A DNA stretch of 64,000 nucleotides. It comes from an uncultured bacterium. GTDB lineage: Bacteria; Krumholzibacteriota; Krumholzibacteriia; Krumholzibacteriales; Krumholzibacteriaceae. Shown piece after piece: positions 1-9,368 of this stretch (the stretch's first letter is position 1; every line of letters begins with the position of its first letter). Under the pieces are notes generated by a model. It did not search any database and was not told the DNA's origin. It saw only the letters and a list, made by a program, of their open reading frames with translations. The translations under genes and the position numbers were made by a program. The stretch covers positions 512,001 to 576,000 of the forward strand of contig CAWFAD010000016.1 of the NCBI GenBank assembly GCA_963813815.1, read 5' to 3'.

Positions 1-1794
1 CAGGGGATGGAGCCCGCGATACCGATCGCGATCCTCGCGGTCGGCATGGCGGGGCTCTTCGCGCGGCGGAGCACGATTCTCGAAAACGTGATCATCCAGT
101 CGATCGGCGCGGCCTCGGGGGCGGTCGTCGCGGGAGCCGTTTTCACGATCCCCGCGCTCTATATGCTCGACGTCGAGGTGTCGTTCTGGCACATTTTCCT
201 CACGGCCTTCTTCGGGGGCTGTCTCGGCGTCTTTTTCCTCATTCCTCTCCGGCAGTTTCTCATGGTCAAGGAGCACGGGAAGCTTCGCTTCCCCGAAGCG
301 ATGGCGACGACCGAGATTCTCGTGACGGGGGAGGGCGCGGGTTCGCAGGCGAAGGTGCTCGTCTGGAGCGCGTCGGTGGCCTTTCTCTACGACCTCTTCG
401 TTCTCAGCTTCGGCTTCTGGCGCGAGATCATCACCTTCCGGGCCGTGCGTTTCGGCGCGTGGCTCGAGGACCGCTTCTCGATGGCGTTCCGCGTCGACGG
501 GCTCGCCGCGATCGTCGGGCTCGGCTACATCGTCGGGCTCAAGTACGCCTCGATCATCGCCTCGGGCAGCTTCCTTTCGTACCTCGTCTTCATTCCCTTC
601 GTGAAATACATCGGATCCCACCTCTCCGGCGTCATTCCGCCCGGGACGGTGCCGATCGCCGAGATGGGGGTCGACGACATCTTCCGCAGCTACGTGCGGC
701 TCATCGGAATCGGCGGGATCGCGGGGGCCGGGATCATGGGGATCATCCGGAGCCTTCCCTCGATCGTTCAGTCGTTCAGCATCGGGATCAAGGGGATCTC
801 GGCGGCCCGGACGGGCGAGGGGGACGTCGCCCGGACGGACCGGAACATCAGCATGCGGGACGTTCTCCTCGGCATCGTCGCGATCGGCGTATGCCTGTGG
901 ATATTCTTCGCGACGGGCGTGACCTCATCGGCCGTGGGGCTCGTCGGCGTCGTCATAGCGCTCGTCATTTCGTTTCTCTTCACCCTCGTCGCCGCGCGCG
1001 CGATCGGCCTCATCGGCACGAACCCCGTCTCCGGCATGACGCTCGTCACGCTCATCATCACGAGCGTCATCCTCACGAGAATGGGGCTTTCGGGCACCGA
1101 AGGGATGTTCACCGCGATGATCATCGGCGGCGTCGTCTGCACGGCGCTCGCGGTGGCCGGCGCCTTCGCGACCGATCTCAAGATCGGCTACTGGATCGGC
1201 TCGACCCCGCGCAACCAGCAGGCGTTCAAGTTCGCGGGCGTGCTCGTTTCGGCGGCGGCGTGCGCGCTCGCGATGATGCTCCTCGGGAGCACCTACACCT
1301 TCGGCTCGCTCGAGATGCCGGCGCCGCAGGCCTCGGCGATGCGCGAGATCATCGTCGGGCTCATGGGCGGGGGGGCGGGGGTCCAGTGGATCCTCTTCGC
1401 GTTCGGCGTCATCATCTCCGTGATCCTGGCCCTCGTGAGCGTCCCCGCGCTCGCCTTCGCGCTCGGGATGTACCTCCCGATACAGCTCAACACGGCGGTG
1501 CTCCTCGGCGGGTTCATCGCCTACCTCGTTTCGAAGAGCACGCGCGACGAGAAGGCCGTCAAGGAGCGCGGCGAACGAGGGGTGCTCGTCGCCTCGGGCT
1601 ACATCGCGGGGGGCTCGATCGCGGGCGTCGTCGCGGCGGTCATCGCGGCGACGGGACTGCAGGAGAAGATTCCCGCCGTGTGGCGCGGGGGACTCATGGA
1701 CTCGTGGGGCGAAATCACCGCGATCGTCATGGTCGCGCTCCTCTCGATCTTCATGTACCGGTACTCGACGCGGGCCTCGCACGCGCCGAAATGA
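1..1794 (+). CDS. OPT/YSL-family oligopeptide transporter (5'-truncated by window edge)
   Basis: Polytopic membrane protein with OPT motifs 'ENVIIQSIGAASG', 'LRFPEAMAT', 'NPVSGMTL', 'DLKIGYWIG..PRNQQ', 'PAPQA'. Frame is open to position 1. Confidence 0.9.
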   Translation, partial: QGMEPAIPIAILAVGMAGLFARRSTILENVIIQSIGAASGAVVAGAVFTIPALYMLDVEVSFWHIFLTAFFGGCLGVFFLIPLRQFLMVKEHGKLRFPEAMATTEILVTGEGAGSQAKVLVWSASVAFLYDLFVLSFGFWREIITFRAVRFGAWLEDRFSMAFRVDGLAAIVGLGYIVGLKYASIIASGSFLSYLVFIPFVKYIGSHLSGVIPPGTVPIAEMGVDDIFRSYVRLIGIGGIAGAGIMGIIRSLPSIVQSFSIGIKGISAARTGEGDVARTDRNISMRDVLLGIVAIGVCLWIFFATGVTSSAVGLVGVVIALVISFLFTLVAARAIGLIGTNPVSGMTLVTLIITSVILTRMGLSGTEGMFTAMIIGGVVCTALAVAGAFATDLKIGYWIGSTPRNQQAFKFAGVLVSAAACALAMMLLGSTYTFGSLEMPAPQASAMREIIVGLMGGGAGVQWILFAFGVIISVILALVSVPALAFALGMYLPIQLNTAVLLGGFIAYLVSKSTRDEKAVKERGERGVLVASGYIAGGSIAGVVAAVIAATGLQEKIPAVWRGGLMDSWGEITAIVMVALLSIFMYRYSTRASHAPK

Positions 1795-1805
1795 CGGGAG
1801 CAGGG

Positions 1806-3491
1806 ATGGCAGCGCCGGCGCCCGACAAGATCATCTACTCGATGCTCCGCGTGAGCAAGTTCTACGGCACGAAGCAGGTGCTGAAGGACATCTCGATATC
1901 GTATTTCTACGGCGCGAAGATCGGGGTCATCGGACTGAACGGCTCCGGCAAGAGCTCGCTGCTCCGCATCTTCGCCGGAGCCGACGCCGAGTTCAACGGC
2001 CAGGCCGTGCTCTCTCCCGGGTACACGGTCGGCATGCTCGAGCAGGAGCCCCGGCTCGACGATTCGAAGACCGTGCGCGAGATCGTCGAGGAGGGCGTGA
2101 AGGAGGTCGTCGACCTCCTCGCCGAGTTCAACCGCATCAACGAGAAATTCGCCGAGCCCCTCTCCGAGGACGAGATGGCGAAGCTCATCGCGCGGCAGGG
2201 CGAGGTGCAGGAAAAGCTCGACCGTCTCGACGCGTGGGATCTCGACTCGCGGCTCGACCTTGCGATGGACGCCCTGCGTTGCCCGCCCGGGGACACTTCC
2301 GTCGGCGTCCTCTCGGGCGGCGAGCGGCGGCGCGTGGCGCTCTGCCGGCTCCTCCTCAAGAAGCCCGACATCCTGCTGCTCGACGAGCCGACGAACCACC
2401 TCGACGCCGAGAGTGTGGCGTGGCTCGAACAGCACCTCCAGCGATACGCAGGCACCGTCATCGCCGTCACGCACGACCGGTACTTTCTCGACAACGTGGC
2501 CGGGTGGATACTCGAGCTCGACCGCGGCGAGGGGATCCCGTGGAAGGGGAACTACTCCTCGTGGCTCGATCAGAAAAAAGGCCGGCTCGCGCAGGAGGAG
2601 AAGACGGAGTCCGATCGCCAAAAGACGCTCGAGCGCGAGCTCGAGTGGATCCGCATGGCGCCCCGGGCCCGCCACGCGAAGTCGAAGGCGCGCATCCAAT
2701 CGTACGAGAGCCTCCTCTCGCAGGAGAGCGAGCGGCGGGCGCGGGAGCTCGAGATATTCATACCGCCGGGGCCGCGCCTCGGAGGAGTCGTGATACGGGC
2801 CGAAAACGTTTTCAAGGCGTACGGCGACAACATTCTCATGGAGAAGATGAGTCTCTCGCTTCCGCCCGGCGGCATCGTCGGCGTCATCGGCCCGAACGGC
2901 GCGGGCAAGACGACGCTCTTCCGCATGATCACCGGCGAGGAGAAGCCCGATTCCGGAACGATCCGTCTCGGCGACACGGTGACCCTCGCCTACGCCGATC
3001 AGGACCGGAGCCTCGATCCCGGAAAATCGGTGTGGGAGACGATCTCCGAGGGGAAGGACACGATCCTCCTCGGCGGCCGGGAGGTCAACTCGCGCGCCTA
3101 CGTCGCGCGGTTCAACTTCTCGGGGACCGACCAGCAGAAGAAGCTCTCGATGCTCTCGGGGGGCGAGCGAAACCGCGTGCACCTCGCCCGGACGCTCAAG
3201 CGCGGCGCGAACGTGATACTGCTCGACGAGCCGACGAACGATCTCGACGTCAACACGATGCGCGCCCTCGAGGACGCCCTCGAGGCGTTCGCGGGCTGCG
3301 CGGTCGTGATCAGCCACGACCGGTGGTTCCTCGATCGCGTCGCGACGCACATCCTCGCCTTCGAGGGGGAAAGCTCGGTCTTCTGGTTCGAGGGGAACTA
3401 CTCGGAGTACGAGGAGGATCGCCGCCGCCGCGTCGGCGCCGCCGCCGACCAGCCCCACCGTATCAGGTACCGACATCTCACGAGGGAATAG
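1806..3491 (+). CDS. ettA: Energy-dependent translational throttle protein EttA (ABC-F, ChvD family)
   Basis: 'IIYSMLRVSK...KDISISYFYGAKIGVIGLNGSGKS', two ABC cassettes (LSGGE, DEPTN) and C-terminal 'QPHRIRYRHL'. ATG 1806 follows GGAG; alternative start 1791 overlaps the OPT stop. Confidence 0.95.
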   Translation: MAAPAPDKIIYSMLRVSKFYGTKQVLKDISISYFYGAKIGVIGLNGSGKSSLLRIFAGADAEFNGQAVLSPGYTVGMLEQEPRLDDSKTVREIVEEGVKEVVDLLAEFNRINEKFAEPLSEDEMAKLIARQGEVQEKLDRLDAWDLDSRLDLAMDALRCPPGDTSVGVLSGGERRRVALCRLLLKKPDILLLDEPTNHLDAESVAWLEQHLQRYAGTVIAVTHDRYFLDNVAGWILELDRGEGIPWKGNYSSWLDQKKGRLAQEEKTESDRQKTLERELEWIRMAPRARHAKSKARIQSYESLLSQESERRARELEIFIPPGPRLGGVVIRAENVFKAYGDNILMEKMSLSLPPGGIVGVIGPNGAGKTTLFRMITGEEKPDSGTIRLGDTVTLAYADQDRSLDPGKSVWETISEGKDTILLGGREVNSRAYVARFNFSGTDQQKKLSMLSGGERNRVHLARTLKRGANVILLDEPTNDLDVNTMRALEDALEAFAGCAVVISHDRWFLDRVATHILAFEGESSVFWFEGNYSEYEEDRRRRVGAAADQPHRIRYRHLTRE

Positions 3492-3512
3492 GCGCCGGCG
3501 CCGCGCCCGGCA

Positions 3513-3547
3513 TAAAAAATGAGAGGCAGGGTTTCCCCTGCCTCTCA
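3513..3547 (-). terminator. Intrinsic terminator between convergent genes
   Basis: 12-bp perfect stem TGAGAGGCAGGG/CCCTGCCTCTCA with a 4-nt loop, followed by a T-tract on the minus strand. Confidence 0.85.
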
Positions 3548-3594
3548 CCGCCACTGCTGGCTGGAACCTGCGTCCTTCTCCGATGGTATTCCCG

Positions 3595-3927
3595 CTATTC
3601 GATAGTGGGAACCACCTTGGTGCAATCGAGCTTGATCAAAACAGGAGCGCAGATCTTCTTCGCCACGAAGAGGCCGTCAACTTCCTCGCCGAATACCTTC
3701 ACCGTCTGTCCGACCACGAGCATATCGAAAGTACCCAGCGCCTGATCGATCGATACGACGGTCTCGGCCGTCGTATAAACCGTCACGTCCGCGACGACAA
3801 ACGTCTTCGCGTTATAGTCGATCTGCGTGATTGCGCCATACAGATCGGGGGAATGCTCCGCAAACGTCGCTGCAGACGTGCAGAGGAGAATGGCGCCAAC
3901 CATCAGAGCCGAATATAGTTTGTGCAT
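3595..3927 (-). CDS. Small secreted DUF5666-like (OB-fold) protein, 110 aa
   Basis: RBS GGAGG, signal peptide 'MHKLYSALMVGAILLCTSAATFA', and the pattern 'GAITQID...TFVVADVTV...LVVGQTVKVFG...FVAKKI'. Confidence 0.7.
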   Translation of the reverse strand: MHKLYSALMVGAILLCTSAATFAEHSPDLYGAITQIDYNAKTFVVADVTVYTTAETVVSIDQALGTFDMLVVGQTVKVFGEEVDGLFVAKKICAPVLIKLDCTKVVPTIE

Positions 3928-4090
3928 AATGTACACCTCCCTTCGATGCTGGTTGCGGGACGAACGATACCGCGCGAGATCACGTGCACGATACGCATTC
4001 CGGTCCCCGTGAAAACTCGGGATGCCAAAGAAACAAAGCGCCCCGCGAGAATTTATTGGTACCCTGCACACCCTTGTGGGTAACGGGACG

Positions 4091-4119
4091 ACAATACCGT
4101 AATCGAAAAAAGCTGTCAA
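4091..4119 (-). promoter_or_regulatory. Sigma70-type promoter for the DUF5666-like gene
   Basis: Minus strand reads TTGACA-N17-TATTGT. Confidence 0.6.
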
Positions 4120-4370
4120 GCTGATTTTCATATTTATTATTTCTTATGAAACGTTATGCGAGCGCAATCGTGGGCGAATTTCGTTTCGCAACGAGGCGGC
4201 AGAATGCCGCGAGCTCCACGGGCCGGCGCTTCTGATATGTCGGAAATTATCCTGTGAAAATTAACACAGTGTAAAAACGTCAAATACTATTTATGGGATA
4301 AATAAACAGTTACGGTTGCCAATTAATAATTTCTATTTATAAGGCCTCCGGTGGGCGGATCGAGGCATTT

Positions 4371-4385
4371 CGGTACGTGTTATGC
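4371..4385 (+). promoter_or_regulatory. Putative sigma54 (-24/-12) promoter of the pilX-like gene
   Basis: CGGTACGTGTTATGC has GG-N10-GC and resembles TGGCACGNNNNTTGC. Upstream are an AT-rich tract and the palindrome TGTG-N8-CACA (4253-4268). Confidence 0.45.
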
Positions 4386-4437
4386 GGTTCTGTGAATATG
4401 CATGGCGGCAACAGGTCGGAAAAAGGCAAGGTGAAAC

Positions 4438-5751
4438 ATGAGCAACAGAACCTTGACATGTCGCCGGGGAGAGAGCGGAAGTGCTCTCATCGTAACGCTG
4501 CTCATCCTCTTCGCGGTTGCGGCGATCGGCATGACCCTCTCATCCGTATCGACCCTGGATTTGAAAATATCGGGGAACGAGCGGACGTCGAAACAGGCGC
4601 TCTTCGTCGCCGAGGCCGGTCTCAACGAGGCGATGCACAGGCTCATGATCCCGAGTCCCACGACCGCGACGGTCGGGGGTTGGACCGGAAACGTGGCCAT
4701 CGCTGATTCCGAGCCCTTGGATCCCAACTGGACGGTGAAGCTCTATCTCTCGAACCCGGGCTCCGTGCCGGCGGGGAGCGGATCCGTGCATACGACCGGA
4801 ACCGTGCAGAACCTCTCGTCCGGAGATGCTCTCGCCTACAGCGTCGGCAGCGGGAGCGAAGGCGTTCTCACCATACAGCACAAATGGATCGATCGCGACG
4901 GGGACGGCGCGAGGGATCAGAATGAGATAGTCCGGTACGATCGCATCCAAGCGCCTCCCGAAAACTTCGTTTCCGGAAGCCCGGTCGAGGTCGTCACGGT
5001 GGCCGGCAGGGCGGGAAGCGGCAGGGAAATGATACTGGCCGAGGTCTGCAAGGAAAGGGCCATCGTGAGAACGCTCGGAGCGCTCTACCTCGACAAGGCG
5101 GTGGAGCTCACCGGAAGCTCGTCTTTCTGCGGGTACGATCACGACTTCGCGATACCGGACGAAACGCCCGTCAGCGATCCAGGCACGGGGGGCGGGGGCG
5201 GGGGCGGGGGAGCCGGATTGGCTCTCTGCGACGACTACCATCTCTCCGCCGGAAGCCTTCCCGGAGTGACGACGACGGGCGACGAAATCCAAGTGAGGGG
5301 CTCGTCGGATGTCGTGGGGTATCCTTCGCCGCTCAACAAGTCTGCTTCCAATCCTTTCTACTCGCTCAGTCAGACGCTCGGGATGGACGACGCCCAGGTG
5401 CAGCGCATCCTGGCGGACGCCGACAACAGGACGATCGTGAATCCGCTGAGGGGCATCACCTATATCAACGGGGACGCCAATATCACGAGCAACCTGACGG
5501 GCGAGGGATTGCTCTACATCACGGGCGATCTTCATGCGGCGGGCGAGTTCATCTACAAGGGGCTCGTCTACGTCGAGGGCGACGTCAGGTTCACCGGATC
5601 GCCCTGGATTCTGGGGAGCATGATCGTGCGCGGCACGACCGATTTCAACTTCTCCTCGGGCAACGCCGCGATACTCTACAGCAGCGAAGCCCTCAAGAGA
5701 GCTCTCGACTCCGCGATGCCCGGCCTCGTGCTTTCGTGGAAGGACATTTAA
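4438..5751 (+). CDS. PilX N-terminal-domain (minor pilin-like) protein
   Basis: 'ESGSALIVTLLILFAVAAIGM...KISGNERTSKQALFVAEAGLNEA', poly-Gly linker and a beta-solenoid-like C-terminus ('GLLYITGDL..GLVYVEGDV'). Confidence 0.8.
   Translation: MSNRTLTCRRGESGSALIVTLLILFAVAAIGMTLSSVSTLDLKISGNERTSKQALFVAEAGLNEAMHRLMIPSPTTATVGGWTGNVAIADSEPLDPNWTVKLYLSNPGSVPAGSGSVHTTGTVQNLSSGDALAYSVGSGSEGVLTIQHKWIDRDGDGARDQNEIVRYDRIQAPPENFVSGSPVEVVTVAGRAGSGREMILAEVCKERAIVRTLGALYLDKAVELTGSSSFCGYDHDFAIPDETPVSDPGTGGGGGGGGAGLALCDDYHLSAGSLPGVTTTGDEIQVRGSSDVVGYPSPLNKSASNPFYSLSQTLGMDDAQVQRILADADNRTIVNPLRGITYINGDANITSNLTGEGLLYITGDLHAAGEFIYKGLVYVEGDVRFTGSPWILGSMIVRGTTDFNFSSGNAAILYSSEALKRALDSAMPGLVLSWKDI
5187..5210 (+). repeat. 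(GGGGGC)n tandem repeat / G-quadruplex-type motif encoding poly-Gly
   Basis: GGGGGG-C-GGGGG-C-GGGGG-C-GGGGG read directly. Confidence 0.8.
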
Positions 5752-5801
5752 GCGGGCGGGAGGAGCCGGCGGCTCCACTGGCAGACCCCCCGCGCTAGAT
5801 C

Positions 5802-5843
5802 GAGGGCCGACGATACAGCGTATCGCCGGCCCTCTTCAATTTT
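5802..5843 (+). terminator. Hairpin terminator after the pilX-like gene
   Basis: Stem GAGGGCCG-A-CGATAC / GTATCG-C-CGGCCCTC followed by TTCAATTTT. Confidence 0.6.
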
Positions 5844-5870
5844 GGCCGTTTTCCCCCTTGTCAAAAATAA

Positions 5871-5899
5871 TTTACAAGCCGCGCCAATTGGTGTACAAT
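5871..5899 (+). promoter_or_regulatory. Sigma70-type promoter upstream of the TPR-CHAT gene
   Basis: TTTACA-N17-TACAAT. Confidence 0.55.
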
Positions 5900-6098
5900 C
5901 ATTCCACCCTCGCACAGGCGAATACCCCGGCGGATGATGGGCGATTCATCCAGGCGTCCGCCGTTCGCCCGATGCGAGAGCGGCTCATAGGGGAATTGCT
6001 GACAATCTCAAGGTGCGACGATGCGGGTCGTTTCGATCAGGGCGACTGCGCGCGCGACAGTCGGCACGCGAGGCTGCTCCTCCGCCCGGCCGGCGGCC

Positions 6099-9000
6099 AT
6101 GGGTCGCGGGCGGAAGCGCTGCGGGCGGCGCTCTGCGCCCGCCGTCATCCTGCTCGGCTTCGCGGCCCTTCTTTGGCCCGCCGCCGCTTCGAGCGCGGAT
6201 CCGATCGCGGATCTCATCGCGTGCGCCGATTCTCTCGCGCGGGCCGGCGATGAGCGCGGATTCGCCGGGCTCGTGCGCGATCGCGGGATGCTCATCGGCG
6301 CCGCGGTCGGCCGGCTGCTCGACGCGGCCATCGAAGCCGGCGAGGCGGGAGACGGCGATTCGGAGCGGGAAACCGCGGCGCTCGCCGGGAGGCTCGCCGC
6401 GGTCCGTGCGGAGCGAGCCGGCGCCGGGACGCCGCTCGAGCTCGTGCTCGCACAGAATAAATGGACGGGCGAGCAACGGGCCCTTCGCGCGCGGGCGCGG
6501 GCGATCGAGGCGGAAGCGGTCGCGGCTCGTGACGCCGGAGAGCTCGATCTCGCCGCGACGAAATTCCGGGAAGCGTTGGAGCTCTACCGGCTCATCGACG
6601 ACCGCCGTTCGATCGCGGTGGCGTGGGGGAGTCTCGGCGTCGTTCACTGGTCCCGGGGCGATTGGGAGGCCGTTCGCGACTGCTACACGCGCGCCCTCGA
6701 GGCCCGGCGCGGCATCGAAGACCGGATGCTCGAGGGAAAGAGCCTGAACGGGCTCGGTTCCGTCCACTTCCAGATGGGAGATTTCGATACCGCCGTCGCG
6801 TTCTACCGGCGCGCGGCGGCGCTCCGCCGCGAAATCGGAGACGCCGGGGGGCTCGTGCAGACGCTCAATTACCTCGGCGCGACGCTCGATCGGATGGGGC
6901 GTCTCGGCGAAGCGGCCGAAACCCTCGAGGAAGCGCTCGGCGAGATCGGCGCCGCGGACGATCCGCTTCGCCGCGTCGAGTTCCTGAACACGCTCGGGAG
7001 CACCCTTTTCAAAATGGGCCGTCTGAAGGGCGCTGAAAGCGCGGCCCGCGAGGCGGTCGATCTCTGCGAGGCCGTCGGAGAAACGAATTTCGAGGCGAGC
7101 TGCAGGATCAATCTCGCCGATCTTCTCAATGCGACCGGGAGATATCGGGAGGGTATCGCCGAGCTCGATCGGGTGAGCCGTTCGCTCGAGCGGGTGACCG
7201 ACACCACGATCCCCTACTCTCTCTATCGAACCCGCGGGCTCCTCTATCTCGGCATGGGAGAGCTCGAACAGGCCCGAAACGATCTGGTGCGAAGCCTGGA
7301 GCTGGCCGAAGCCTCCGGCGCCGCGGGCTGCCGCATACAGGCGTTCATCAATCTCGCGAGCCTTTTCATGGAATTGCAGGCCGTGGAGGAAGGGCTCGAG
7401 TACGCGCAGCGAGCGTCGGATCTCGCGGCCGAGTCGCAGGATCTTCCCCTGCTGCGCGACGCGCTGCTCGTCACGGCCGCCCTCAACGAGCAGCGGGGGC
7501 GTTACGAGGATGCGCTCGCTCTCTATCGGCGCGCGGCCGATCTGGACGAGGAGCTCGGAAACAGGTGGGACGCGGTCTCGGACAGGATATCGATCTGCAA
7601 CTCGCTCGCGGCGCTCGGAAGGCGCGTGGAAGCCCGAAACGGATTCCGCGACGTCCAACCGGCGGCCGCCGAGCTCGAGACGCGGAGCTTCGACGGGGTC
7701 ATTCATTTCGGCATCGGCCATACCTACGAGACCGTCGATCGGGACAGCGCGGCATGGCACTACGAGCGGGCCCTCGAGTGCCTCGAGAAGGAAAGGGCCT
7801 CCATCGGCGGGAGCGAGCTCCGGAGCGGATTCCTCTCGGGCGACAAACGCCGGTTGTACGAGGAGGTCGGCATCTACTACGCGGCGGAGGCCCGCGCGAG
7901 CGGCGACGCGGCGTGGGCCGACAGGGCGTTTCGGACGATCGAGAGGGGCAAGGCGCGGGGCCTGCTCGATCTGCTCGGGGCGCGCGTCGCGGCCGATTGT
8001 CCGCCCGCGGAGGAAGCTCTCCTCGATTCGATCTATCGGCTCGATCCCGGCGCTCCCGGCTACCGCGAGCGGAAGCTGCTCGCCGAGAACCGGTACGCGG
8101 AGATGAGGGACAGGCGAATGGAAACCTCGCTCGGAGGCCTGCGGCCCGCGGCCGAGGTATCCTCGATTGCCGATGTCAGGGCTCAATTGACGGCGGGGAC
8201 TGTCGTATTTTCATACGCGCTCGGCGATACGGCGTCGCTCCTCTGGGTCATCGATTCGAACGGGTGCGATCTGCACCGGCTTCCGGGCCGTTCCGCTATC
8301 GACCTCGAGGTCATGCGGTTCAGGGATGCGATGGCGAGACCGGGAAAGCGCGACGACGTTCTCGTTTCCGCTTCGCGAAATCTCTACAGAACACTGGTCG
8401 AACCCGGCGCCGCGAGGCTCGAGGGCGCGAAATCGATCGTGTTCGCGCCGGACGGCTCGCTCTTCGAGCTGCCGTTTGAGGCGCTTCTCACCGGCGAGCC
8501 GGCCGAGGGGGCCGGTTGGCGGGGCATGCCGTTTCTCGCCGGGGCCTTCACGACGCTCTATGTCCCGTCGGGCACCATATTTTGCAGCCTGCGCTCCGCC
8601 GTTCGACCGCGGGATTACCGGAAGCAGCTGCTCGCCGTCGGCGATCCCGATCTTTCGGCCTTTCCCCAAGCCCCCGGGGGCGAAACGAGGCTACCCGAGC
8701 TGCCGTACTCGAAGGTCGAGATCGAATCGATCTGCGCCCTTCTCGATCGGGGGCAGGCGGATATGCTCTGCGGGAAAGAGGCGAGCGAAGGCCGGCTGAA
8801 GGCGTATCTGCGGGGGGGCTGCCCGCGCATCGTGCACCTGGCCGCTCACGGGCTCGTCGACCGCGTCGAGTCCGCCGCTTCGTGCGTCGCGCTCTGCCCC
8901 GACACGCTCGAGGGAGAAGACGGCTATCTTCATACGCTCGAAATACTCCAGATGCCGTTCGATGCGGCCCTCGTCGTGGTGAGCGCCTGCGAATCGGCCG

Positions 9001-9275
9001 TCGGGCGGGTGAGCAGGGGAGAAGGCGTCATCGGGCTGAGCCGGGCGTTCATCGGCGCCGGCTCCGGAGGCGTCGTGGCGAGTCTCTGGGCCGTGTCGGA
9101 TCGCTCGACGGCGGAGCTCATGAGAATATTCTATGAACACATGATGACCGAACGGAGGCCCGCGGCGAGCGCTCTCGCCGAGGCGAGGCTCGCGCTGCTG
9201 CGCTCGCCGGATTTTTCCCATCCGTTTCATTGGTCTCCCTTTGTGGCGGTCGGAACGGACAGGATGCCCTGGTAG
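6099..9275 (+). CDS. Signal-peptide-bearing TPR + CHAT (caspase-HetF, clan CD) protease
   Basis: N-terminal 'VILLGFAALLWPAAASSA', many TPRs, and CHAT motifs 'FAPDGSLFELPFEAL', 'VHLAAHG' (His), 'VVSACES' (Cys), 'VVASLWAVSD', 'HPFHWSPF'. ORF is open from 6021. Confidence 0.9.
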   Translation: MGRGRKRCGRRSAPAVILLGFAALLWPAAASSADPIADLIACADSLARAGDERGFAGLVRDRGMLIGAAVGRLLDAAIEAGEAGDGDSERETAALAGRLAAVRAERAGAGTPLELVLAQNKWTGEQRALRARARAIEAEAVAARDAGELDLAATKFREALELYRLIDDRRSIAVAWGSLGVVHWSRGDWEAVRDCYTRALEARRGIEDRMLEGKSLNGLGSVHFQMGDFDTAVAFYRRAAALRREIGDAGGLVQTLNYLGATLDRMGRLGEAAETLEEALGEIGAADDPLRRVEFLNTLGSTLFKMGRLKGAESAAREAVDLCEAVGETNFEASCRINLADLLNATGRYREGIAELDRVSRSLERVTDTTIPYSLYRTRGLLYLGMGELEQARNDLVRSLELAEASGAAGCRIQAFINLASLFMELQAVEEGLEYAQRASDLAAESQDLPLLRDALLVTAALNEQRGRYEDALALYRRAADLDEELGNRWDAVSDRISICNSLAALGRRVEARNGFRDVQPAAAELETRSFDGVIHFGIGHTYETVDRDSAAWHYERALECLEKERASIGGSELRSGFLSGDKRRLYEEVGIYYAAEARASGDAAWADRAFRTIERGKARGLLDLLGARVAADCPPAEEALLDSIYRLDPGAPGYRERKLLAENRYAEMRDRRMETSLGGLRPAAEVSSIADVRAQLTAGTVVFSYALGDTASLLWVIDSNGCDLHRLPGRSAIDLEVMRFRDAMARPGKRDDVLVSASRNLYRTLVEPGAARLEGAKSIVFAPDGSLFELPFEALLTGEPAEGAGWRGMPFLAGAFTTLYVPSGTIFCSLRSAVRPRDYRKQLLAVGDPDLSAFPQAPGGETRLPELPYSKVEIESICALLDRGQADMLCGKEASEGRLKAYLRGGCPRIVHLAAHGLVDRVESAASCVALCPDTLEGEDGYLHTLEILQMPFDAALVVVSACESAVGRVSRGEGVIGLSRAFIGAGSGGVVASLWAVSDRSTAELMRIFYEHMMTERRPAASALAEARLALLRSPDFSHPFHWSPFVAVGTDRMPW

Positions 9276-9368
9276 GCGGCGGCGCTCGACTGAGGACGAG
9301 GGGACTTTTCGTCGACATAGATGCTGCAGGTCGGATCCTACGTTGGCTGATTCGAGGAGGTGTCGCCA

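Noticed and set aside
459..1805. Apparent 1010-aa ORF extending EttA N-terminally
   Set aside because: The extension is Arg-rich off-frame translation overlapping the OPT gene; the real start is near 1806.
5905..6000. Possible c-di-GMP-I riboswitch ('CGCACAGG...') in the CHAT leader
   Set aside because: Lacks the GCAAACC...GAAA...GGGACGCAAAGC core.
6099..9275. CRISPR-associated Craspase/Csx29 interpretation of the TPR-CHAT protein
   Set aside because: No cas genes or repeat-spacer array in the window, and the protein appears to have a signal peptide.
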